Source: Okeania sp. (GTDB lineage Bacteria > Cyanobacteriota > Cyanobacteriia > Cyanobacteriales > Microcoleaceae). Taken from it: 25,965 bases of DNA. The DNA lies in contig NZ_JAYKGW010000081.1 of NCBI RefSeq assembly GCF_035285525.1, positions 1 to 25,965 on the forward strand. The letters are read 5' to 3'. The notes below the pieces were generated by a model. That model made no database searches, was not told the DNA's origin, and saw only the letters and a list, made by a program, of their open reading frames with translations. Made by a program: the position numbers and the translations under genes. Below, piece by piece: positions 7,788-14,676 of this stretch. The stretch's first letter is position 1. Every line of letters starts with the position of its first letter.

Positions 7788-7905
7788 TAGACATCTCCAA
7801 AAATAAAAAATCAAATCAATTCTTATCCATAAATTATCAATTATTTCTTCCTGTTCCCAGTTAAGTGTTCTTAGTTAAGTGTTCCCTCTTGTCTGGAGAT
7901 GTCTA
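7788..7905 (+). mobile_element. MITE family B copy (118 bp), with TAGACATCTCCA ... TGGAGATGTCTA termini
   Basis: 12-bp perfect TIRs at 7788-7799 and 7894-7905. The internal sequence is roughly 80% identical by eye to the reverse complement of 22061-22181. Confidence 0.75.
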
Positions 7906-7946
7906 TTTGGATATGAACATATACTATATAACCGGATTCTATATCA

Positions 7947-8004
7947 GGGGCGGGTTTATGTAAATTCTAGAATAAGCATGAAAATTTCTGATCAAACCCG
8001 CCCC
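7947..8004. repeat. inverted repeat GGGGCGGGTTT ... AAACCCGCCCC (11-bp arms, 36-nt loop)
   Basis: Arms at 7947-7957 and 7994-8004 are perfectly complementary. It is immediately preceded by a fragment (7906-7946) related to MITE E at 21173-21272 (atgaacatatac / aaccggattctat). Confidence 0.55.
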
Positions 8005-8057
8005 TACCCTATGCACTATTTTAGCTGTGTTAATCCACTACTGAACTGATAACTGAA

Positions 8058-8821
8058 ATGATTTGTACCTCATCCAAACAACTGAACTTTGCAGAATTTA
8101 TTACCCAATATGGGGACAATACAAGCTATGAATTAATTGACGGAGAACTAAGAGATATGCAGCCTAATGGTGTTTACGAAGCTGTTGCTGGAAGTATTGC
8201 TGGTAGAATTTACAGCGCTTTTCAAATGAATGAACCACATCATCATCACCAAAATCTTGTAGGGACGTTTCGCTGCGCGACATGAAAAGCATTTTTGTTA
8301 TGCAACGTCCCTACTGTGGTTTACTGATTTCTCGGGAATCGTAATGAAAACCGCTGTATGTGGAAGTTTTTCGGAATAATTTCAACTGGTTGATTCCCAA
8401 AAATTCTGTGGTGCGGGCATCTTGCCCCCGTACTGTAGGTGAAATAACTGCCCTACGTCCTGATGTGATTGTTTTAGACAAATCAGAACTTATTAAAGAA
8501 CCTCTTTGGCAAAAAGAACCAGTAATTTGTAATGGTAATATTATTAAACTTGTCGCAGAAGTTGTTAGTAAAAATTGGCAAGATGATTATGCTATAAAAG
8601 TATAAGAATATGCTTTTTTAAATCTTTCAAAATATTGGATTGTGGATTTTATGGGGTTAGGTAGTTTACAATTTATTGGTAATCCTAAACAACCTACTTT
8701 TACAATTTTTCAGTTAGTTAATGGTGTGTATCAACAACAGCAATATCGTTTGGGAGAACCCATTTATTCCTATCTATTTCCTAATTGAAAATTGCGACTC
8801 GACGATATTATGCCAATTTAA
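8058..8821 (+). pseudogene. Uma2-family (DUF820, PF05685-type) endonuclease pseudogene, disrupted by a MITE and two in-frame stop codons
   Basis: N-part: MICTSSKQLNFAEFITQYGDNTSYELIDGELRDMQPNGVYEAVAGSIAGRIY. After the MITE the same protein continues from 8360: VEVFRNNFNWLIPKNSVV...ALRPDVIVLD...LVAEVVSKNWQDDYAIKV. It then hits TAA (8603-8605), continues EYAFLNLSKYWIVD...YRLGEPIYSYLFPN, hits TGA (8786-8788), and ends KLRLDDIMPI before TAA 8819-8821. The motifs PD-V, E-V-V-S, D-Y..K..EY...YWIVD are typical of Uma2. Confidence 0.75.
8211..8358 (+). mobile_element. MITE family A copy (148 bp) inserted in the Uma2 gene
   Basis: TIRs TACAGCGCTTTTCA ... TGAAAACCGCTGTA match at 13 of 14 positions. 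The central palindrome is split by about 40 extra nt (8259-8313). TA is present at both ends. Deleting 8213-8358 in silico restores the Uma2 reading frame. Confidence 0.8.
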
Positions 8822-8900
8822 AATACTGACTAATGTAAATATTTTTTGCTTTTTTCCTATCCCAAAATATGCTGTATATTTTTTCCCAAACCCCCCACAC

Positions 8901-8951
8901 TTTCCCTCCTGAGAGGGGTTAGGGGTGGGTCTCAAACTTGGCTTTGTTCAG
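8901..8951 (-). repeat. dispersed repeat family F, inverted copy
   Basis: tttccctcctgagaggggttaggggtgggtctcaaacttggctttgttcag is the reverse complement of the 7250-7302 type. Confidence 0.65.
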
Positions 8952-8990
8952 TAAACCCTAATTATTCATTATCAATTAATGAACTTACTG

Positions 8991-9006
8991 TCTATATTAA
9001 TATAGA
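8991..9006. promoter_or_regulatory. 16-bp perfect palindrome TCTATATTAATATAGA upstream of the kinase gene
   Basis: The sequence is perfectly self-complementary and ends 23 nt upstream of ATG 9030. It could be an operator or part of a promoter. It is AT-rich, so chance occurrence is not negligible. Confidence 0.25.
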
Positions 9007-9029
9007 GATAGTAGCCTAATCTTGTTAAT

Positions 9030-10997
9030 ATGAGTTATTGCCTCAATCCTCAATGCCAAAATCCTCAAAATCCTGAAGGGACATTATATTGCCTTGCCTG
9101 TGGAGCAAAATTGCTGCTGAGAGAAAGATATCGCCCTATGAAACCTATCGGTAGAGGTGGGTTTGGTCGGACTTTTCTGGCTGTAGATGAAGATAAACCT
9201 TCTCATCCCCCTTGTGTAATTAAACAATTTTTACCTCAACATACTGGGGACCCTAAAAAAGCTGCCGAGTTATTTCAACAAGAGGCAGTTAGATTAGATG
9301 AACTTGGTAAACATCCACAAATTCCTGAATTATTAGCTCACTTTGAACAGGATAATAATCAATATTTAGTACAAGAATTTATTGATGGTTCTAATTTAGC
9401 TGCAGAGTCAATTAAAAGGGGTCCTTTTAATAGTAATCAAATTAAACAAATTTTAAATGAATTATTACCAGTTTTACAATTTATTCACGAACATAAAGTA
9501 ATTCATCGAGACATTAAACCAGAAAATATTATTCGTCGTAATTCTCCTCCACAAGTTACTGGATGGATGAATAATACTAATCAATTAGTTTTAGTTGATT
9601 TTGGGGCAGCTAAAGTGATTACTGGAACTTCCTTAATGCAGCCAGGAACAATTATTGGTAGTCCGGAATATGTTGCTCCAGAACAGGTAAGAGGTCATGC
9701 AATTTTTGCCAGTGATATCTATAGTTTGGGAGTAACTTGTATCTATTTATTAACTCAAGTATCTCCTTTTGATTTATTTGACGTAATGAAAGATAAATGG
9801 GTATGGCGAGATTATTTAAGTCAACCTATTAATAGTGTTTTAGCCAGAATTATTGATAGGATGCTGGCCACTAATCCGCAAATGCGTTACCAGTCTGCGG
9901 CGGAAGTAATGAAGGAATTAAATCCACAACAGGAAACTCCTGTTCTCCCTAATATTCCGGCACCGACACCATCTCCAACTCCTATTCAACCAACTATATC
10001 CACATACACACCTCCGCAACCGCAAGCAAAACCAAAGACCAGTTCGATGACAGCACCGCCTCATATTGTGCAACCGACGGTTATTCCTCAACCAAAACGG
10101 TCAACTTGGAAATGTGTTTTGACTTTGACCGGACATTTTGACTCGGTGAATACGGTAGCGTTTAGTCCCAATGGAGAAATATTGGCGAGTGGGAGTCGCG
10201 ATAAAACTATTGAAATTTGGGATATGAAGAAAAGCAAACGTTGGTTTACTCTGACTGGTCATGGTGACTCTGTGCAAGCGGTCGCGTTTAGTCAAGATGG
10301 AGAAATGTTGGCGAGTGGGAGTCGGGATCAGACTATTGAAATTTGGGATATGAAGAAAGGCAAACGTTGGTTTACTCTGCTTGGTCATTCTGACTGGGTG
10401 GATACGGTGGCGTTTAGTCCGGATAGTCAAATGTTAGCAAGTGGAGGTAGAGATAAAACTATTGAAATTTGGAATTTGCGGAAAGCAAGGCGCTGGTTTA
10501 CTTTAAACGGGCATGACGATCGGGTTTATAGTGTTACTTTTAATCAAAATGGGGAATTTTTGGCAAGTGGTGGTCGCGACCAAACTATTAAAATATGGAG
10601 TTTGGAAAAGGGGAAAGAGTTATTTTCCATTAAGGGTCATTCTGACTGGGTGCGATCGCTAAGTTTTAGTCAAGATGGTAAGGGTTTGGCAAGTGGGAGT
10701 CGGGATGGCACGATTAAGTTATGGCAGGTTTATGGAGGGGAACTTATTTCCACACCTGTACAAAATTTGAAATATGGTATGAGTGATGTTTTATCGGTGA
10801 CGTTTAGTCCGAATGGCAAAATAGTTGCGGGTGGATATCGGAATGGGAATATTAATTTATGGGATGCTCTCACTGGGGAATTATTGGAAACATTGAATGG
10901 TCATAAGAGTGATGTGTTTTCAGTGATGTTTAGTCAGGATGGTAAGAGTTTAGCAAGTGGGAGTAATGATAAAACCATTAAAATTTGGCAACAGTGA
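9030..10997 (+). CDS. Ser/Thr protein kinase with N-terminal 4-Cys zinc ribbon and 7 C-terminal WD40 repeats
   Basis: CLNPQCQNPQNP...YCLACG zinc ribbon. Kinase motifs GRGGFGRTF, VIKQF, HRDIKPEN, DFG and SPEYVAPE are present. A Pro-rich linker (PNIPAPTPSPTPIQP...) follows, then seven GH...(ASG)S.D.TI.IW(D/N/S/Q) repeats. Confidence 0.9.
   Translation: MSYCLNPQCQNPQNPEGTLYCLACGAKLLLRERYRPMKPIGRGGFGRTFLAVDEDKPSHPPCVIKQFLPQHTGDPKKAAELFQQEAVRLDELGKHPQIPELLAHFEQDNNQYLVQEFIDGSNLAAESIKRGPFNSNQIKQILNELLPVLQFIHEHKVIHRDIKPENIIRRNSPPQVTGWMNNTNQLVLVDFGAAKVITGTSLMQPGTIIGSPEYVAPEQVRGHAIFASDIYSLGVTCIYLLTQVSPFDLFDVMKDKWVWRDYLSQPINSVLARIIDRMLATNPQMRYQSAAEVMKELNPQQETPVLPNIPAPTPSPTPIQPTISTYTPPQPQAKPKTSSMTAPPHIVQPTVIPQPKRSTWKCVLTLTGHFDSVNTVAFSPNGEILASGSRDKTIEIWDMKKSKRWFTLTGHGDSVQAVAFSQDGEMLASGSRDQTIEIWDMKKGKRWFTLLGHSDWVDTVAFSPDSQMLASGGRDKTIEIWNLRKARRWFTLNGHDDRVYSVTFNQNGEFLASGGRDQTIKIWSLEKGKELFSIKGHSDWVRSLSFSQDGKGLASGSRDGTIKLWQVYGGELISTPVQNLKYGMSDVLSVTFSPNGKIVAGGYRNGNINLWDALTGELLETLNGHKSDVFSVMFSQDGKSLASGSNDKTIKIWQQ
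10185..10436 (+). repeat. intragenic 126-bp tandem repeat (WD40 units 1-2 and 2-3)
   Basis: 10185-10262 and 10311-10388 differ at 6 of 78 positions by hand alignment. The following ~48 nt of each unit are much more diverged. Confidence 0.8.
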
Positions 10998-10999
10998 TA

Positions 11000-11023
11000 C
11001 AGTTATCAGTTATCAGTTATCAG
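11000..11023 (+). repeat. heptamer tandem repeat (CAGTTAT)x3 plus a partial unit, STRR-like
   Basis: Starts 2 nt after the kinase TGA (10995-10997). Related TAGTTAT/ATCAGTA heptamers occur at 17110-17144 and 14251-14264. Confidence 0.8.
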
Positions 11024-11047
11024 CAGTTTTCATTCTGGTAAACTACT

Positions 11048-11075
11048 GTAGGGATGTTCCATGGCACGTCCCTAC
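11048..11075. repeat. core palindrome of MITE family A (GTAGGGAtGTTCCATGGcACGTCCCTAC)
   Basis: Same 28-bp palindrome as 7121-7148 with 2 substitutions. A hairpin here could also act as a 3' structure for the kinase gene. Confidence 0.65.
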
Positions 11076-11087
11076 TAGATTATCATC

Positions 11088-11137
11088 AGGACTAAAGCCA
11101 CGCGAACCCAGAAACCGGGTTTCTTTGCGTAAGTCTT
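11088..11137. repeat. SDR family C-type unit enclosing the AGAAACCGGGTTTCT palindrome
   Basis: AGGACTaaaGCc ... CAGAAACCGGGTTTCTT ... TGCGTAAGTCtT. The termini are related to 7675-7763. Confidence 0.6.
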
Positions 11138-11147
11138 GATCGTATAA

Positions 11148-11189
11148 AATCCAGATAATTACTATATCTAAGTCATTGCGAAATGACTT
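11148..11189. repeat. dispersed repeat family G (AATCCaGATAATTAcTAT.. CTAAGTCATTGCG...)
   Basis: Shares aatcc(a/g)gataatta.tat..ctaagtcattgcg with 25721-25752. Here it closes as the palindrome AAGTCATT-gcga-AATGACTT (11170-11189). Confidence 0.6.
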
Positions 11190-11246
11190 TAATAGTTAAT
11201 GTTTATCCGAACATAATATTGTAGTTTTCATTATCAATACTCTTCA

Positions 11247-11274
11247 CTACTCCCTACTCTCTACTCCCTACTCC
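11247..11274 (+). repeat. heptamer tandem repeat (CTACTCC/T)x4, STRR-like
   Basis: Ends 4 nt from the cheB stop codon (11279-11281, minus strand). In cheB mRNA sense it reads GGAGTAG repeats. The same heptamer occurs at 19632-19652. Confidence 0.8.
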
Positions 11275-11278
11275 CTGA

Positions 11279-12397
11279 TTAATTATTAATTATCATAAGT
11301 AATTTCTGACTAATATCATTGATTGGCAAAATATATTGAGCAGCTCCCAAAACAATAGCTTCTTTAGGCATACCAAATATGATAGAAGTAGCCTCATTTT
11401 GAGCAATTGTCAATCCACCAGATTGAGCGATCGCCTGCATTCCATCTGCTCCATCTCGACCCATTCCTGTTAGTAAAACCCCTATAGAAGAGGAGCCATA
11501 AAATTTAGCAATTGAATTAAAAGTGACAGTAATTGAAGGGCGATGTCCTCCAATTGCTGGTGTTTTTGAACAGACAAATTTACCCCTATTATCTAATTCT
11601 AAATGATGCTTTTCAGGTGGGAAATAAATTACGCCAGCTTTTGGCAATTCTCCGGAAATAGCAATTTTTATTGGTAGTTGACATCCATTAGCTAACCAAT
11701 TTATTAAACCATTTAAAAATCCATTACTAATGTGTTGAACACAAATTATTGGTAGAGGAAAAGTTGAAGGTAAATTATGAAGAATAGTTTTTAAAGCTTG
11801 AGGACCACCAGTAGAAGCTCCGATTGCTAAGACTTTAATATTTTTGGCAGAACGAGGATATTTAAGTATAGTTTTAGGAGTATCTACAAGATAATTTTTA
11901 ACTAGCTTATCTTGTATATTTCTGATAAATAATTGTTGTTGACGTTCTTGGTTAATCTGCCGACGATGTAGGGTAAAAACTTTAACCCCAGAAAGAATTT
12001 TAATCTTATTAATTAATTCTTGCTTAATCGCATCATAATCTGAATTTAATCCAGTTTCTGGTTTAGGAAAAACATCAACAGCTCCTGCCTCTAAAAGTTG
12101 AAAAACATTTTCGGTATCATGTTCTTGAACGGAGTTGCTAATAACTAAAATTGGTCGTGGGTATTCGTGCATAACTTCCCTAGTAAATTCTAATCCATTC
12201 ATAAATGCCATGTGTAAATCAGTACAAATTACATCTGGCTCGATTTTTGGGATTAGTTTTAATGCCTCTAAACCATTTTGAGCTGTACCTACAACTTCAA
12301 TTTCTGGAGAGGTAGCAAAAATTCTTTTGAGAATTATTAAAGCTACTGGTGAATCATCAACAACTAATATTTTAATGACTTTTCTTTTCTTTGTCAT
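11279..12397 (-). CDS. cheB: chemotaxis response regulator protein-glutamate methylesterase/deamidase
   Basis: N-terminal receiver (ILVVDDS, phospho-acceptor context VICTDLHM). C-terminal CheB_methylest-type domain with the catalytic Ser in IGASTGGPQAL, His in CVQHI and Asp in TGMGRDGADG. 372 aa. Confidence 0.9.
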   Translation of the reverse strand: MTKKRKVIKILVVDDSPVALIILKRIFATSPEIEVVGTAQNGLEALKLIPKIEPDVICTDLHMAFMNGLEFTREVMHEYPRPILVISNSVQEHDTENVFQLLEAGAVDVFPKPETGLNSDYDAIKQELINKIKILSGVKVFTLHRRQINQERQQQLFIRNIQDKLVKNYLVDTPKTILKYPRSAKNIKVLAIGASTGGPQALKTILHNLPSTFPLPIICVQHISNGFLNGLINWLANGCQLPIKIAISGELPKAGVIYFPPEKHHLELDNRGKFVCSKTPAIGGHRPSITVTFNSIAKFYGSSSIGVLLTGMGRDGADGMQAIAQSGGLTIAQNEATSIIFGMPKEAIVLGAAQYILPINDISQKLLMIINN

Positions 12398-12444
12398 TTG
12401 ATTTATTCAGGAAGTAAGAAGTAAAAAGTAAAAAGGAATTTTTC

Positions 12445-12501
12445 GTAGGGGTTTGGAAACCAAACCCAAGTAAAAATCGGATTTGAAAAGCAAACCCCTA
12501 C
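12445..12501. repeat. GTAGGGGTTTG ... CAAACCCCTAC inverted repeat with a nested GGTTTGG-aaa-CCAAACC hairpin
   Basis: Outer arms at 12445-12455 and 12491-12501 are perfectly complementary, with an inner 8-bp stem at 12449-12467. It lies in the divergent cheB/MCP intergenic region and has the same motif as 4946-4972. Confidence 0.6.
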
Positions 12502-12729
12502 AATTTTTTTTAACTTACTTATTATATCAATTATACTATTAAATTAATCAAGTAGTTCCAGAGGAAATAAATATAGAATAGATGTTAGTATGCTGTAATA
12601 CTAACTTTTAGTTCTCCTTGGAGACTAATTTTTTCTTCCAGGGTAATGAGATAATGAGTTAATAATTTATAGCTGATAGCTAACGGCTGTTTGCGCAGCA
12701 TTACGCAGTAAACACTCACTAATAGATCA

Positions 12730-14172
12730 ATGAATCTTAGACAAGTTTTACCTGTAGGAGTAATCATAATTATTGCTACATTTGGAATTAGTAATATTTT
12801 TTCTCAAAGTAGTATTCGTACTTTGAAAGAATCTTCTGAATGGGTTGCTCATACCTATCAAGTTAAAAGTTTATTAAAAGGATTAGAAAAAACTTTAGTT
12901 GATGCAGAAACAGGACAACGGGGATTTATTTATTCTGGTCAAGGAAATTTCCTCGAACCATATAATTTAGCTCAACAAACAATTGATGATAATTTAGATG
13001 AACTTCAAGCTAAAATATCTGATAATCCTGAGCAATTAAAAAGATTGGCTAAAATTGCAGATCTAACAGAATCTAAAATATCAGAATTAAAAGAAACTAT
13101 AAAACTAAAAAGAGCTGGTGAAGAAAAAAAAGTAAGACAGTTAATATTATCTGGTTTAGGTAAACAGATAATGGATGAAATTAGACAAAAAATTGATGAG
13201 ATGATGGCAGTAGAAGACCAACTATTGAATGAAAGAAAAAAACAAGCAAAACAGGCTTTTCAGTTAGTCATAATTATTTCCTGGAGTAGCTTGATGATAG
13301 TTGTGATAGTAAGTATAATTATCATATTTTTGATTAATAAAATTGCTATTCAACCTATTAATATTATAGCTAATTTGATTGCTACTTCTACTAATGAAAT
13401 TTCTGCTACAGTCGAACAACAAGAACACACTGCTTTTGTACAAGCTAATTCTGTTCATACTACCACTAACAATATGGATGAGTTAGGAGCATTTTTTCGT
13501 CAGTCTTCCCAAGAAGCAAATGCAGCTAATAATACTGCTCAATTAGCTTTAGAAGCAGCAGAAAAAGGAAGCGATACTGTCTGTGAAACATTTGATGCTA
13601 TGAATAATTTAAAAGTAAAAGTAGAGGCGATCGCTCATCAAATTTTTAGATTAAATGATCAAATAAATCAAATTGGTCAAATTTCTCAAATGGTCAGTAA
13701 TTTAGCAAATCAAATAAATATGTTAGCTTTGAATGCGAAGGTAGAAGCGGTGCGTGATGGAGATAATACTCAAGGTTTTTCTGTTGTTGCTGCTGAAATT
13801 AAGAAATTGGCAATACAGAGTAAATTATCTGCGGAAAAAATCAGAATTTTAGTAGAGGAAATTCAAGATTCAATTCATGCAACAGTATTGGTAACTAAAG
13901 AAGGAATTAGAACTGTAGAATTGGGAATGAAAATAACAGATCAAACAACTGCATCTTTTTCTAGAATAACTAAGTCGGTAAATAATGTAGTTATTAATAA
14001 TCAACAAATTTATTTGAATATTCAACAGCAAGTTCATGGTATTAAACAAGTATTAGAAGCAATGGAAAATATTAATCAAGTAGCAAAGGAAACGGCATTA
14101 GGAATTGGTCAAACTCATTCAGGTGTGGAGAGTTTAAAGAAAGCAGCAGAAAAGTTGAAAAATATAGTATAG
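12730..14172 (+). CDS. methyl-accepting chemotaxis protein with a CHASE3-type periplasmic sensor and a divergent hairpin tip
   Basis: TM1 VLPVGVIIIIATFGI. CHASE3-like WVAHTYQVKSLLKGLEKTLVDAETGQRGFIYSGQGNFLEPYN. TM2 LVIIISWSSLMIVVIVSIIIIFLI. The MCP signalling domain reads NMLALNAKVEAVRDGDNTQGFSVVAAEIKKLA. 480 aa, collinear with the MCP at 19655-21106. Confidence 0.85.
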   Translation: MNLRQVLPVGVIIIIATFGISNIFSQSSIRTLKESSEWVAHTYQVKSLLKGLEKTLVDAETGQRGFIYSGQGNFLEPYNLAQQTIDDNLDELQAKISDNPEQLKRLAKIADLTESKISELKETIKLKRAGEEKKVRQLILSGLGKQIMDEIRQKIDEMMAVEDQLLNERKKQAKQAFQLVIIISWSSLMIVVIVSIIIIFLINKIAIQPINIIANLIATSTNEISATVEQQEHTAFVQANSVHTTTNNMDELGAFFRQSSQEANAANNTAQLALEAAEKGSDTVCETFDAMNNLKVKVEAIAHQIFRLNDQINQIGQISQMVSNLANQINMLALNAKVEAVRDGDNTQGFSVVAAEIKKLAIQSKLSAEKIRILVEEIQDSIHATVLVTKEGIRTVELGMKITDQTTASFSRITKSVNNVVINNQQIYLNIQQQVHGIKQVLEAMENINQVAKETALGIGQTHSGVESLKKAAEKLKNIV

Positions 14173-14238
14173 TTAATAATGAATAATTAATGAGTTTAAT
14201 TCTTCGGTCGTTAATTATTGAAAAGGAGCTTTAAAATT

Positions 14239-14421
14239 TAATCCTATTGATAACTAATAACTGAAAAAAGGGAATTGACAAAAAAAATTTGACATGATAC
14301 TATAAGCATAATGGAGAAGGTGCGCTCATATATACTATATTGAATTTATTTCAATTAGAAAGCTTTTTCTATGATTTCCTCATTTTTTTGAATATTTCTC
14401 TCTTCATTCCTTCTTCCTTCT
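14239..14421 (+). repeat. 183-bp direct repeat, copy 1
   Basis: Identical to 14481-14663 at 182 of 183 positions (g14306 versus a14548). Compared base by base by hand. Confidence 0.9.
14275..14303 (+). promoter_or_regulatory. near-consensus sigma70 promoter inside repeat copy 1
   Basis: TTGACA (14275-14280), a 17-nt spacer ending in the extended -10 TG (14295-14296), then TACTAT (14298-14303). ATG at 14311. Confidence 0.5.
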
Positions 14422-14480
14422 CAAACTCAAATAATCTCTGAGTAAGTTTAAACATTTATAAGTTTCCTCAACTATTTGTC

Positions 14481-14663
14481 TAATCCTATTGATAACTAAT
14501 AACTGAAAAAAGGGAATTGACAAAAAAAATTTGACATGATACTATAAACATAATGGAGAAGGTGCGCTCATATATACTATATTGAATTTATTTCAATTAG
14601 AAAGCTTTTTCTATGATTTCCTCATTTTTTTGAATATTTCTCTCTTCATTCCTTCTTCCTTCT
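14481..14663 (+). repeat. 183-bp direct repeat, copy 2
   Basis: See copy 1. It ends 13 nt before the cheA stop codon (14677-14679). Confidence 0.9.
14517..14545 (+). promoter_or_regulatory. near-consensus sigma70 promoter inside repeat copy 2, pointing into the 3' end of cheA
   Basis: TTGACA (14517-14522), 17 nt with TG at 14537-14538, then TACTAT (14540-14545). Confidence 0.5.
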
Positions 14664-14676
14664 TATTTCCTCCTTC

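Noticed and set aside
8225-8260. His-rich stretch NEPHHHHQN in the 8058-8285 ORF
   Set aside because: It is encoded by MITE family A sequence (the copy at 7085-7110 has the same stretch with substitutions), so it is not part of the original protein.
10101-10430. 109-aa minus-strand ORF with an internally repeated sequence
   Set aside because: It is the antisense reading of the near-identical WD40 repeat units. The repetition is inherited from the sense strand.
14422-14480. The 59-nt spacer between the 183-bp repeats as a diverged relic of the cheA 3' end, which would imply a tandem duplication that included the end of cheA
   Set aside because: Only short anchors align with the sequence after copy 2 (aaact, aatct, agttt). 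Such matches are expected by chance in AT-rich DNA, and this level of divergence is inconsistent with the 182/183 identity of the adjacent repeat unless gene conversion is invoked.
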